Assembly: GCA_902567235.1 (NCBI GenBank)
Contig: CACFLX010000007.1
Coordinates: 8,754-72,753, forward strand
Direction of reading: 5' to 3'
Source: an uncultured Pelagibacteraceae bacterium
Lineage (GTDB): Bacteria > Pseudomonadota > Alphaproteobacteria > Pelagibacterales > Pelagibacteraceae
DNA: 64,000 nt
Both the position numbers and the translations under genes were made by a program. The notes beneath the pieces were generated by a model, which made no database searches, was not told the DNA's origin, and was given only the letters and a program-made list of their open reading frames with translations. This document shows positions 30,052 to 39,990 of the stretch, one piece after another (the first letter of the stretch is position 1; each line of letters opens with the position of its first letter).

Positions 30052-32391
30052 ATGTTAAATACTAGCGCAAATATTAAAGAACCTGGGCTAAATGTACTAC
30101 CACCTGGAGTTGAAAGATATATAGTAAATGGTGGTGGTCTTACAGGCATTCAAATTCTTCCTGATGACGAAATAGAAATTATCAATAATGAAGGAAATCA
30201 AATATGTGAGATTTCAGTTTTTAATAAGGAAGGTAAATCTGAACCAGCAATTTTAAATCTGAAAGAAAATAATAATGTTTCAGAAATTAAAAAAATACTT
30301 ACAAAAAAAGATGAGAGTTCTCTTACAGCACTTCACCAACTAAAAAAAAGAAATTTAGATATTTCAAAGTCTAAATCCTCAATTATTTTTGATAAGGACA
30401 CAAGTTGGGGTGAAAAAGTAAAAATAAAATCAAAAGATAAATGTTATTGTATTTTTGCAGCACCAGGTGCAGAAATGTTAGTCCATGAACAAAATCCACC
30501 AACTGATTTAACTATTTTTGTTAAAAGAGCTAAAATTACTAAAGATAAAGAACATCACGTAATTCCTGATCCATTGTTTGATCCAGTTAGTGAAATAAAT
30601 ATCGATAGAGCAACAGCAATTTCTTTTCAGGTAAAAGAAGGTGATTACATTCAAGTTATTTCACCAACAGGAAGGCAATGTTCTGATTTTGTAGCATTTG
30701 ATACAGCAAAATTAGATAAAAGAATTGAAAAAGGTTTAGATTGGCAAACAACAAGAACTTTTATGGCAAGTACTTTTCCTGGACCAGGATTATTTTCTAA
30801 ATTCTACGACACTGATCATGAACCTTTGATTGAGGTAATTAGAGACACAGTAGGAAAACATGATACTTTTAATTTAGCCTGTACATCAAAATATTATGAG
30901 GATGCTGGATATTTTGGCCATCCAAATTGCTCTGACAATCTAAATGCTTCAATGGAAAAATTTGGAGTTCAAAAAAAAAGAGGTTGGCACGCAATAAATC
31001 TTTTTTTTAATACTTCAGCTGGAGGTTTAAATTCAGTATTGTCAGATGAATCTTTTGCTAGACCAGGCGATTATGTAACTTTTAGAGCTTTAAAAGATTT
31101 AACTTGTGGAACTACAGCTTGTCCAAGCGATATTGACGCTTGTAATTCATGGAATCCAACTGATATTTTTGTTAGAACTTATGATAAAAAAAAGGAGTTT
31201 ACAAAATCTTTTGCATTTAGAATGAAAACAGACTCAGAAACAAAATTAACTAGGAATACTGGCTTCTACGAAAAAACATCTAAACTTACTAGAAACTTTG
31301 TCGACGCTAGAGGTTTTTGGTTGCCAAATGATTATACAAAGCATGGTGTAATTAATGAATACACAGCATGTCGTGAAAAATCTGTTGTAATTGATTTATC
31401 CTCTTTAAGAAAATTTGAAATATTAGGACCTGATGCTGAAGAGTTAATGAATTATACTTTAACAAGAAATGTAAAAAAACTTTCAGTTGGTCAAGTAGTT
31501 TATTCTTCGATGTGTTATGAAAATGGATTCATGTTTGATGATGGAACTTTGTTAAAATTAAGTGATCATGGTTTTAGATGGGTATGTGGAGATGAATATG
31601 CTGGGGAATGGCTAAAAGAGCAGGCAAAAAAGAAAAAATATAAAGTTTTAATAAAAAACTCAACAGATCAGATAAACAATCTTTCCTTGCAAGGGCCAAA
31701 TAGCAGAAAAATTCTTGAAAAGTTTATTTTTACACCACCAACTCAACCAACTATTTCTGAATTACAATGGTTTAGATTTACCATTTGTAGAATTGAAGAT
31801 TTAAATGGTATCCCACTAATTGTTTCAAGAACTGGTTACACCGGCGAGTTAGGTTACGAGATTTGGTGCCATCCATCTGATGCTCCTAAAGTATGGGATA
31901 AAGTTATGGAAGCTGGAAGAAATGAAGGAATTATACCTGCTGGATTTGGTGCTTTAGATTTATTGAGAATTGAAGCAGGATTAATATTATTTGGAAATGA
32001 GTTTGATGGACAAGTCGATCCTTTTGAAGCTGGAGTTGGTTTTACAGTTCCATTAAAAACTAAAAGAGATGATTTTATTGGTAAAGAAAGTTTGATTAAA
32101 AGGAAAGAAAATCCTCAAAAAAAATTGGTAGGTCTTGAGCTTACTGGAAAAGAAAAAGCAAATCATGGAGATTGTGTTCATATAGGCAGATCTCAAGTTG
32201 GTATTGTAACTAGTGGATGCATCTCTCCAACTTTAAATAAAAATATTGCACTTTGTAGAATAGATATTGGTCATTCAGAATTAGAAACTGAAGTAGAAGT
32301 TGGAAAAATAGATGGTCATCAAAAAAGGATACCTGCAAAAATAGTGCCTTTTCCTCATTATGATCCAACTAAGTCTAGAGTAAGATCTTAA
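30052..32391 (+). CDS. tdm: TMAO demethylase (DUF1989 + GcvT domains)
   Basis: N-terminal DUF1989-like Cys motifs 'GRQCSDF', 'HDTFNLAC', 'HPNCSDN', 'ACPSDID', then GcvT domain 'DLSSLRKFE', 'SRTGYTGELGYE', 'LRIEAG'. Confidence 0.9.
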   Translation: MLNTSANIKEPGLNVLPPGVERYIVNGGGLTGIQILPDDEIEIINNEGNQICEISVFNKEGKSEPAILNLKENNNVSEIKKILTKKDESSLTALHQLKKRNLDISKSKSSIIFDKDTSWGEKVKIKSKDKCYCIFAAPGAEMLVHEQNPPTDLTIFVKRAKITKDKEHHVIPDPLFDPVSEINIDRATAISFQVKEGDYIQVISPTGRQCSDFVAFDTAKLDKRIEKGLDWQTTRTFMASTFPGPGLFSKFYDTDHEPLIEVIRDTVGKHDTFNLACTSKYYEDAGYFGHPNCSDNLNASMEKFGVQKKRGWHAINLFFNTSAGGLNSVLSDESFARPGDYVTFRALKDLTCGTTACPSDIDACNSWNPTDIFVRTYDKKKEFTKSFAFRMKTDSETKLTRNTGFYEKTSKLTRNFVDARGFWLPNDYTKHGVINEYTACREKSVVIDLSSLRKFEILGPDAEELMNYTLTRNVKKLSVGQVVYSSMCYENGFMFDDGTLLKLSDHGFRWVCGDEYAGEWLKEQAKKKKYKVLIKNSTDQINNLSLQGPNSRKILEKFIFTPPTQPTISELQWFRFTICRIEDLNGIPLIVSRTGYTGELGYEIWCHPSDAPKVWDKVMEAGRNEGIIPAGFGALDLLRIEAGLILFGNEFDGQVDPFEAGVGFTVPLKTKRDDFIGKESLIKRKENPQKKLVGLELTGKEKANHGDCVHIGRSQVGIVTSGCISPTLNKNIALCRIDIGHSELETEVEVGKIDGHQKRIPAKIVPFPHYDPTKSRVRS

Positions 32392-32397
32392 ATAATT

Positions 32398-32745
32398 ATG
32401 AAAAGTACAAAAAATTTATTAGATTTTTGGGAAGAGCAGATGAAACAATCACATCGTTCAAGTAATTATTTTTTTAGAAAGTCTCCTTCACACTATCATA
32501 TGATGCTTTTAATTATGGCATACCATAAACAAAACTTACCAATTACTGTTGAAGAATTAAAAACAAAACTATTTAAAACCTCTAGGCCAAAATCAGCATT
32601 AATAATTAATGAGGCATGTGAAAAAGGTTTTTTTTATTTGGAAAAAGCTCAAGAAGATCAAAGAAAAAAAAATATAAAACCAACTGAGAGTTTTGTAGAA
32701 GAGTTTGAAAATTATCTTAAAAGACTAAGAGAAATATCTCTTTAA
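32398..32745 (+). CDS. Small winged-helix (MarR-like) hypothetical protein
   Basis: 'ITVEELKTKL..SRPKSALIINEA..KGF....EDQRKKNIKPT' resembles a wHTH with a DxR wing. Overlaps the ppc stop by 4 bp. Confidence 0.55.
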   Translation: MKSTKNLLDFWEEQMKQSHRSSNYFFRKSPSHYHMMLLIMAYHKQNLPITVEELKTKLFKTSRPKSALIINEACEKGFFYLEKAQEDQRKKNIKPTESFVEEFENYLKRLREISL

Positions 32746-35432
32746 CCGGTATTCTTCATGGCTGCGGATATGCCAGCTATAGATGTCATCATTGCATCAT
32801 TAAGATACTTTTTTTCATCAGATTTAAATTTTTTCTTTGATATTTTATTCATAACCACGGCTTGTAGTATGTTTAAAACTTCAGAATAAATGTTTCTAAC
32901 CAAGACCGTTGTTCTAAATTTTTTTCTTTGATTAATTATTTCTCTTGGAGTTATATATTTATTTAATTTTTTAATTATAGCAAACTCAGACCTAAGTTTG
33001 TCACCTACTTCTCTTAATTTTTTATCTGCAAGGCTATTTTCATAAACTTCTGATATTTCTGGGTCAACTTTTGAAATAACCATATCTAAAATATCCATTG
33101 TAGAATTAAAAAATGGCCAATTTTTTTCCATATCTGTAAGAATATTTTTATGATTTTTAACTGATGAATATTTTAACGCATCACCAGTTCCTAGCCAAGC
33201 AGGTAGCATTAATCTTATTTGTGTCCAAGCAAATACCCAGGGTATTGCTCTTAAACTTTGAATGTTATCTACGTTTTTTCTTTTAGAAGGTCGTGATCCT
33301 ATTGACAATTTTCCAAGTGCTAAATGGGGTGTAACAGTTTTAAAATATCTTATAAAATCTGAGTTCTCATTTATATTTTTTCTATAAGCTAATGTAGAAA
33401 TTTTTGTCATTTCTTCTATTAATTTTCTCCAACTTTTTTTAGGTTGTGGAGGTGGATTTAGAGTAGCCTGCATTACAGATCCTATGTAGCTACATAAATT
33501 ATATTTAGCTAAAGGTTCATAACCATATTTTTGTTGGATCATTTCTCCTTGGTCAGTAATTCTAATACGACCATATACCGAATTTGGAGGTTGCGATCTC
33601 ATAGTTGCTTGAATTGGGCCACCACCTCTTCCAGCTGAACCGCCTCTACCATGAAAAAAAGTAAGGTCAATTTTATATTTTTTTGCGATCAATAAAATTT
33701 CTTCTTGAAGTTTATACTGATGCCAGCTAGCAGATAATTTTCCAGCATCTTTACTAGAATCTGAATAACCAATCATAATTTCTTGTTTGTTTTTAATTAA
33801 TTTTCTGTACCAACTTAATGAAAAAAGTTTTTCCATAATGGATTTTGCGTTTTTTAAATCTTGCAAAGTTTCAAAAAGTGGAACTACTCTTAATTTACTT
33901 GTAATATTTGCCTGCATTTGCATTAAATAAACTTCCAGGACATCAGAAGCTGCTGAAGTCATTGAAATTACATAAGCTCCTAGACATTCTGATGGCTCAT
34001 CGGCTAAAATTTTAAAAGTTGACCAAACTTCATTATTTTCTTTATTTTTAAAATTAAAATTCTTGAAACTTTTTCTACTTTTCTTCATTTCATTTATTAA
34101 ATATTTAATTTTTTTATTTTCATCCCAATTTAAATAATTAGAATTATTTTTTTTCTTAACATATTCTGCTAATAGCTGTGAATGTCTTGATGACTCTTGT
34201 CTAATGTCTAATTTTGCTAGATTTATACCAAAACATTTTGCTCTTCTCATTAAATCAAGCAAATCACTACTCGCAATATTTTCACTTTGGTTTTGTTCTA
34301 ATGACTCTCGTACTACCCTTAAAGGTTTTAGAATTTCTTCTTTAGAAGATAAAAGTTTTTTTTGATCTAATGGTTTTTTTGCTACTAAATGTCTTTCTAT
34401 TAATCTATGTGTTTTTCTTATTTGATCTCTTAATGGTCTTAAATAAACTCTATAAGGTTCAAAAGTTTTTCCAGTAGTTTTTAGAATTCTTTTTGAACAT
34501 TTTTCCATCGAAAGTCCTCTAATTAATTTTGTTAATTCTTTCTCATAAAGTTTTGCTGCTTCCCATCTTGATAAAAGTATTACTTCTTTAGTGATAGCTG
34601 CTGTTACATTTGGATTGCCATCTCTATCTCCTCCCATCCAAGATCCAAATTCAATTGGATTAAAATTTTTAGGCAAACCTCTTCCCATATGTTTTACAAA
34701 AATAGCGTTTAATCTTCTATAAACTTTTGGAATTGTTTCCCAAAGACTGTCTTCAATTACTGCTAATCCCCACCTTGCTTCCTCAGCAGGTGTAGGTTTA
34801 AATCTTTTTAAATCATCGGTATTCCAAATAATTGTAAACTCATCATAAAGTTTTTTATCTAAGATTTTTAGTCGTGATGGTTTGTCCTTCAAAAGATTTC
34901 TTTGATCCATTATCTCAGTTATTTTATGGTATTTTTGTATTAAAGTTCTTCTTTTAACTTCAGTTGGATGAGCTGTAAGAACTATTCCAATTTGAAGATT
35001 TTTTGCAATATTATAAATTTTTTGAGGTTTAATTTTTTTGTTTTTAAAAAGTTTTTCAAAAATTTCCTCAATGAAAATATTCTTATGTTTATCTTTCAAG
35101 TCAGAATTTTCAAATTCATCTAATTTTCTTGATGCATCTATGGATTCACTAAGATTAATAAAATTCATAAAATGGTTAAATGCTCTTGCTAATTTAAATA
35201 TTTTAATTGGTTTTAGTCTTTGAATTTCTGAAGTAATTTTATTAAATCTATTTTTATTATTTTTGTTTTTAATGTTTGCTTTTGATAACAATCTTATTCT
35301 CTCTACTAAATTAAAAAAACTTTCTCCCTCCTGTTTTTTTATTACTCTACCTAAAATATTTCCTAAATATCTAACATCATCTCTTAAAGATTTTGTGGGT
35401 ATACGTTCGTAATAGAGATCTCTTTTTATCAT
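32742..35432 (-). CDS. ppc: Phosphoenolpyruvate carboxylase
   Basis: 'VLTAHPTE', 'SWMGGDRDGNP', 'VPLFET', 'QEIMIGYSDSSKD', 'FHGRGG..GRGG', 'LRAIPWVFAWTQ', C-terminal 'MKNTG'. Confidence 0.97.
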   Translation of the reverse strand: MIKRDLYYERIPTKSLRDDVRYLGNILGRVIKKQEGESFFNLVERIRLLSKANIKNKNNKNRFNKITSEIQRLKPIKIFKLARAFNHFMNFINLSESIDASRKLDEFENSDLKDKHKNIFIEEIFEKLFKNKKIKPQKIYNIAKNLQIGIVLTAHPTEVKRRTLIQKYHKITEIMDQRNLLKDKPSRLKILDKKLYDEFTIIWNTDDLKRFKPTPAEEARWGLAVIEDSLWETIPKVYRRLNAIFVKHMGRGLPKNFNPIEFGSWMGGDRDGNPNVTAAITKEVILLSRWEAAKLYEKELTKLIRGLSMEKCSKRILKTTGKTFEPYRVYLRPLRDQIRKTHRLIERHLVAKKPLDQKKLLSSKEEILKPLRVVRESLEQNQSENIASSDLLDLMRRAKCFGINLAKLDIRQESSRHSQLLAEYVKKKNNSNYLNWDENKKIKYLINEMKKSRKSFKNFNFKNKENNEVWSTFKILADEPSECLGAYVISMTSAASDVLEVYLMQMQANITSKLRVVPLFETLQDLKNAKSIMEKLFSLSWYRKLIKNKQEIMIGYSDSSKDAGKLSASWHQYKLQEEILLIAKKYKIDLTFFHGRGGSAGRGGGPIQATMRSQPPNSVYGRIRITDQGEMIQQKYGYEPLAKYNLCSYIGSVMQATLNPPPQPKKSWRKLIEEMTKISTLAYRKNINENSDFIRYFKTVTPHLALGKLSIGSRPSKRKNVDNIQSLRAIPWVFAWTQIRLMLPAWLGTGDALKYSSVKNHKNILTDMEKNWPFFNSTMDILDMVISKVDPEISEVYENSLADKKLREVGDKLRSEFAIIKKLNKYITPREIINQRKKFRTTVLVRNIYSEVLNILQAVVMNKISKKKFKSDEKKYLNDAMMTSIAGISAAMKNTG

Positions 35433-35457
35433 TTGGTAAAAACTATTCGTTTATATT

Positions 35458-36348
35458 TTAAGTTTTACTATTTAAAGCTGACTTTACAGTTTCACCCATA
35501 ACTGATGGATTTTTAGAAATAATAACTCCACATTCTTTTAAAAGTTCAACTTTCTCAACTGCACTTTCTCCATAAGCTGATACTATTGCGCCTGCATGAC
35601 CCATTACTCTTCCTTTTGGCGCTGTCAAACCTGCAATATAAGCTATGACTGGTTTCTTCATATTTTCTTTTGCAAATTTTCCTGCAGCTACTTCTTGTGG
35701 TCCTCCTATTTCACCAATCATTAAAACTGCTTCTGTTTCATCGTCTTGCTCAAATTTTTCTAAAATATCTTTAAATGAACTTCCATTAATTGGATCACCT
35801 CCAATACCAACACTAGTTGAAACACCAATATTTAAATTTTTTAATTGTTGTGCTGCCTCATATCCTAATGTTCCTGACCTTCCAATGATTCCAATTTTTC
35901 CTTCTTTATATATATGACCTGGCATAATACCGAGCATTGCTTTTCCAGGACTAATTACTCCTGCACAATTAGGTCCTACCAAAGTCATTTTTTCAGTTCT
36001 TGAATATCTTCTCATATAACGTTTAATTTTAATCATATCGTGAGAAGGTATTCCGTCCACTATTGCAACACATGTTTTAATTCCAGCGTCAGCCGCTTCC
36101 ATTGCTGAGTCTGCTGCAAAAGCTGGTGGAACAAACAATATTGATGCTGATGCACCTGTATTTTTGACTGCTTCTTTGACTGTATTAAATACAGGAAGAT
36201 TAAGATGATTCATTCCACCTTTTCCAGGTGTAACCCCTCCCACTACATTAGAACCATACTTAATCATTTCTTCTGCATGGAAACTTCCCATTTTTCCAGT
36301 AAAACCTTGTACTATTATTTTTGTTTTTTTATCTATCAATACAGACAT
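35458..36348 (-). CDS. mtkB: Malate--CoA ligase (malate thiokinase) alpha subunit
   Basis: SucD family ('GVTPGKGG', 'GPNCAG', 'MGHAGA') with MtkB-like 'HAEEMIKYGSNVVGG' and 'DMIKIKRYMRRY'. Lies between mtkA and ppc. Confidence 0.82.
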   Translation of the reverse strand: MSVLIDKKTKIIVQGFTGKMGSFHAEEMIKYGSNVVGGVTPGKGGMNHLNLPVFNTVKEAVKNTGASASILFVPPAFAADSAMEAADAGIKTCVAIVDGIPSHDMIKIKRYMRRYSRTEKMTLVGPNCAGVISPGKAMLGIMPGHIYKEGKIGIIGRSGTLGYEAAQQLKNLNIGVSTSVGIGGDPINGSSFKDILEKFEQDDETEAVLMIGEIGGPQEVAAGKFAKENMKKPVIAYIAGLTAPKGRVMGHAGAIVSAYGESAVEKVELLKECGVIISKNPSVMGETVKSALNSKT

Positions 36349-36350
36349 TT

Positions 36351-37514
36351 TTAATTACCCAATGCTTTAACAGCCTTATTTGCAGCATCCTCTAGTGTGT
36401 TTGCTTCGATGTATTTTATTTTACTTTCTTTTAATATTTTATTTCCTTTTTCAACATTTGTTCCAGCCAATCTTATTACTATTGGAACTTTTATATCTAT
36501 TTTCTCTAATGCTTGGACTATGCCTTCTGCAACCCAATCACATCTATTTATACCTGCAAAAATATTTATAAGTATAACTTTCACTTTCTCGTCCATTGAA
36601 ATTAATTTAAAAGCTTTGACTATTTTTTCAGGTGTAGCTCCTCCACCAACATCTAAGAAATTTGCTGGTTCTCCACCTGCCAATTTAATCATATCCATTG
36701 ATGCCATTGCTAGACCTGCACCATTAATTATATTACCAATATTTCCATCAAGGCTAACGTAATTAAGACCTCTATCAGATGCATATACTTCGTTGGGGTT
36801 CTCTTGAGTTTTGTCTCTTAATTCAGAAACTTGATTTCTTCTAAATAAAGCATTGTTATCAAAGCTCATTTTACAATCTAAAGCTAATATTTGATCTTGA
36901 TTTGATATTACTAACGGATTTACTTCAACCATAGTTGCATCTAACTCACTAAATGCTCTATAGCATCCAATAATTGTATCTGCCGCTCTTGCTATTAAAT
37001 TAGGTTCAATTTTTAATCCAAATGCTATTTCTCTAGCTTGGAATTTTTGCATTCCAACAGCCACTTCAATTTTTGACCTAATGATAGTCTCAGGTTTCTT
37101 TTTAGAAATCTCTTCAACACTCATTCCTCCTTCTGTAGATGCTACAACCATTATACTTTCTGAACTTCGATCAAAAACTAAACCTAAATATAATTCTTTT
37201 TTAATATCTGTTGCTTCTTCAATATAAACTCTATTAGTTATCTTGCCTTCTGGACCTGTTTGGTTTGTAACTAATTTTTTTCCAAGAAGTTTGTCAGCTG
37301 CCTGTGCAACTTCTAAAGAACTATTACAAATAATTATACCACCTGCTTTTCCTCTCGCTCCAGAATGAACTTGTGCTTTTACTACCCACTTAGATCCACC
37401 TAGCTCTCTGGCTTTGTTTTCAGCATTTTCAGGACTGTAAGCAATTCCACCTCTTGGTATTGTAACACCAAAGCCTGAGAGTATTTTTTTTGCCTGATAC
37501 TCGTGTATATCCAT
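36351..37514 (-). CDS. mtkA: Malate--CoA ligase beta subunit
   Basis: SucC family with MtkA-type variants 'HSGARGKAGG' (SucC usually GGRGK) and 'NIFAGINRCDWVAEG' (SucC usually NIFGGI[VM]RCD). Confidence 0.85.
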   Translation of the reverse strand: MDIHEYQAKKILSGFGVTIPRGGIAYSPENAENKARELGGSKWVVKAQVHSGARGKAGGIIICNSSLEVAQAADKLLGKKLVTNQTGPEGKITNRVYIEEATDIKKELYLGLVFDRSSESIMVVASTEGGMSVEEISKKKPETIIRSKIEVAVGMQKFQAREIAFGLKIEPNLIARAADTIIGCYRAFSELDATMVEVNPLVISNQDQILALDCKMSFDNNALFRRNQVSELRDKTQENPNEVYASDRGLNYVSLDGNIGNIINGAGLAMASMDMIKLAGGEPANFLDVGGGATPEKIVKAFKLISMDEKVKVILINIFAGINRCDWVAEGIVQALEKIDIKVPIVIRLAGTNVEKGNKILKESKIKYIEANTLEDAANKAVKALGN

Positions 37515-37515
37515 A

Positions 37516-38454
37516 TTACTTTCCTTGAATAAGTTTATTTATATTTACAATATTTTCTGCCATACGTGCAGACGCTGCATCAATCATTCTTCCATCTAAT
37601 TGTGCTGCACCTTTACCTTCTTTTGCAGCTTTTTCTAATTCTTCAATTATCCTTTTTGCTTTAGTTACTTCTGCTTCTGGAGGAGAAAAAACTTTATTTG
37701 CTAAATCAATCTGAGAAGGATGTATTGCCCACTTACCTTCAATACCTATTGCGGCTGCTCTTTTAGCAGAAGCAATATATGCATCTGGATCGTTAAAATC
37801 TCCAAATGGTCCATCAATTGCTCTTAATCCATATGCTCTACAAGTCATAACTAATTTTGACAAGCCATGATGCCATTGATCTCCTGGATAGTCTGGATTT
37901 AATCCTCCTATCACTACTGTTCTTGCTCTTAAACTCGCTGCGTAATCTGCAACTCCAAAATGAAGTGCTTCCAATCTTTCACTAGATTTTGCAATTTCTT
38001 TTATATTAGACATTCCTAATGCAGTTTCGATTAAACATTCAATACCAATTTTGTTTTTAATTTTTTTATTAGTTTCAATTTGAGTTAATAAACAATCAAC
38101 CATATAGACATCACTGGCTGTTCCAGCTTTAGGAACAAGAATAGTATCAACCTTTTCTCCAGCTTGTTCCACAATTTCAACTAAGTCGCTATACATATAA
38201 TGAGTATCTAAACTATTTATTCTCACTGAAATAGTTTTTCCTTTTTCCCTCCAATTAATTTCATTAAGTGCTTTTATAACATTTGCTCTAGCTGGAATTT
38301 TATCATTTGGTGAAACTGCATCTTCAAGATCTAAAAATATATAGTCTGCATTAGAGTTTAATGCTTTTTCAAACATTTTAGGTGATGATCCAGGAACAGC
38401 TAACTCGCTCCTGTGTAACCTAGATTTTGCGGGTTTATAGTATTGATGACTCAT
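37516..38454 (-). CDS. mcl: Malyl-CoA/beta-methylmalyl-CoA lyase (CitE family)
   Basis: 'RLHRSELAVPGS', 'FLDLEDAV', 'LIETALGM', 'LHFGVADYAAS', 'IDGPFGDF.D', 'EGKWAIHPSQI', all as in Methylobacterium/Rhodobacter Mcl. Confidence 0.9.
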   Translation of the reverse strand: MSHQYYKPAKSRLHRSELAVPGSSPKMFEKALNSNADYIFLDLEDAVSPNDKIPARANVIKALNEINWREKGKTISVRINSLDTHYMYSDLVEIVEQAGEKVDTILVPKAGTASDVYMVDCLLTQIETNKKIKNKIGIECLIETALGMSNIKEIAKSSERLEALHFGVADYAASLRARTVVIGGLNPDYPGDQWHHGLSKLVMTCRAYGLRAIDGPFGDFNDPDAYIASAKRAAAIGIEGKWAIHPSQIDLANKVFSPPEAEVTKAKRIIEELEKAAKEGKGAAQLDGRMIDAASARMAENIVNINKLIQGK

Positions 38455-38590
38455 ATAAATATTATAGTATTTAAGATACCTCTAAAAATACTAAAATTAA
38501 GGTATTCTTTTTATATATAGTTTTTATTAGTAAAAAATAAGCTTAAAAAGGATTATCGCTTTTGTTACTGATTCATCTTAGTAGAAAAAT

Positions 38591-39919
38591 ATGTCAAAGT
38601 TACCATTAAAAGCAAAAGTTGTAATAATTGGTGGTGGTATTCACGGTTTAAGTACTGCCTGGAAACTTTCAGAAAAATATAAAAATCCAAACGATATTAT
38701 AGTTTTAGAAAAAAAAGATACAGCAGCTGGCGCAAGCGGAATAGCATGTGGAGTTGTTAGAAATAATTATTTCCAACCTGCAATGAGAGAGTTAATGGCT
38801 CACTCAGTTTCAGTTTGGGAAAGTGATCCAAAAGCATTTAAATATAATCCGGTTGGCTATATGCAAATTTCTCCTGAAATAATGCATAAAGATGTTGCAA
38901 GTATATATGAACAACAAAAAGCTATTGGTTACGACTCTACATTTATTGAAGGTGAAAAAGATTGTATGAAATACATGAGGGGAATGTTTGATGACTGGCA
39001 AGCACAAGGGATAACTTCTGTTCTTCATGAAAAAAAAGGTGGATACGCGTTCAACAAAGATTCAATTAAAGCTTTGGAAAGAAAAGCAAACTCTAATGGA
39101 GTAAATGTTCATAAAGGAGTTAAAGTTACAGAATTTAAAAGAGGAAGTAATAGTAATGCTATAACTGGAGTAGTAACTGATAAAGGAACTATTGACTGCG
39201 AACAAGTAGTTATTGGAGCTGGTCCTTGGGTAAGAGATTTTTGGAACATGTTAGATTTACCAAAAACAACTGATATAAAAAGTAAAGATGGAAAAATACA
39301 TACGGTAGACATGTGGACATATTGGTTTTTACAAGAAGGTGTTTTAGGTGTTGATGCTGACTACTTGAGAACTAATGATGGAAAACAACCACCTGTAATT
39401 CATGTTGATACAGATGCGCCACTGCATTCAGACAAAGATGGAAGATTGATTACAGATAAATTATGGGGAATATATTACAAGCCAGATATTGAGGGTTTGG
39501 GAGTTCAAGGTGGAACTTCACCATACATAGTTCAAAAACATTTTGATAAAGTTAATGTGGATCCTTATGGAATAGAGTCACCTGAGTTTCAGACAACAGA
39601 TGAATTTTCAGATATGTGGACTTCAGCATTAGCTCATTGCCAAAAACGTTTTGTTGGTAAATCAAATTTATATAGAAAAGGTCCATCAGGTGGATTAGGT
39701 TGTCTTACTCCAGACTCTTTTCCTATCTTTGATAGATTTTGCGAAAATGTTTACATGATAGCTGATGCAAACCATGGTTATAAAATGTTAGGTGTTGGTC
39801 ATTTAGTTGCACAAGAAATTTTAGGCCAAGAAAGCGAATTGTTGAAACCATTTAGATTCAACCGATACGCGAAGGGTGAACTGCACCCCACTTCGAACAG
39901 TCCATTTCCTTGGAGCTAA
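38591..39919 (+). CDS. FAD-dependent oxidoreductase (DAO/monomeric sarcosine oxidase superfamily), substrate unknown
   Basis: 'IGGGIHGLSTA', 'GASGIACGVVRNNY', 'GAGPW', 'TPDSFPI', 'NHGYKM', 'PFRFNRY'. Confidence 0.85.
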   Translation: MSKLPLKAKVVIIGGGIHGLSTAWKLSEKYKNPNDIIVLEKKDTAAGASGIACGVVRNNYFQPAMRELMAHSVSVWESDPKAFKYNPVGYMQISPEIMHKDVASIYEQQKAIGYDSTFIEGEKDCMKYMRGMFDDWQAQGITSVLHEKKGGYAFNKDSIKALERKANSNGVNVHKGVKVTEFKRGSNSNAITGVVTDKGTIDCEQVVIGAGPWVRDFWNMLDLPKTTDIKSKDGKIHTVDMWTYWFLQEGVLGVDADYLRTNDGKQPPVIHVDTDAPLHSDKDGRLITDKLWGIYYKPDIEGLGVQGGTSPYIVQKHFDKVNVDPYGIESPEFQTTDEFSDMWTSALAHCQKRFVGKSNLYRKGPSGGLGCLTPDSFPIFDRFCENVYMIADANHGYKMLGVGHLVAQEILGQESELLKPFRFNRYAKGELHPTSNSPFPWS

Positions 39920-39990
39920 ACTTACTGTGTGGACACATATTAAAATATCAGCTAACTTTTATTTTATAAAAAATTCTTTGGAGGGAAAAA

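Noticed and set aside
35458-37514. Annotation as TCA-cycle sucCD
   Set aside because: MtkA/B-type residues and flanking mcl and ppc, with no mdh/sucAB context, favour malate thiokinase. Not formally excluded without a tree.
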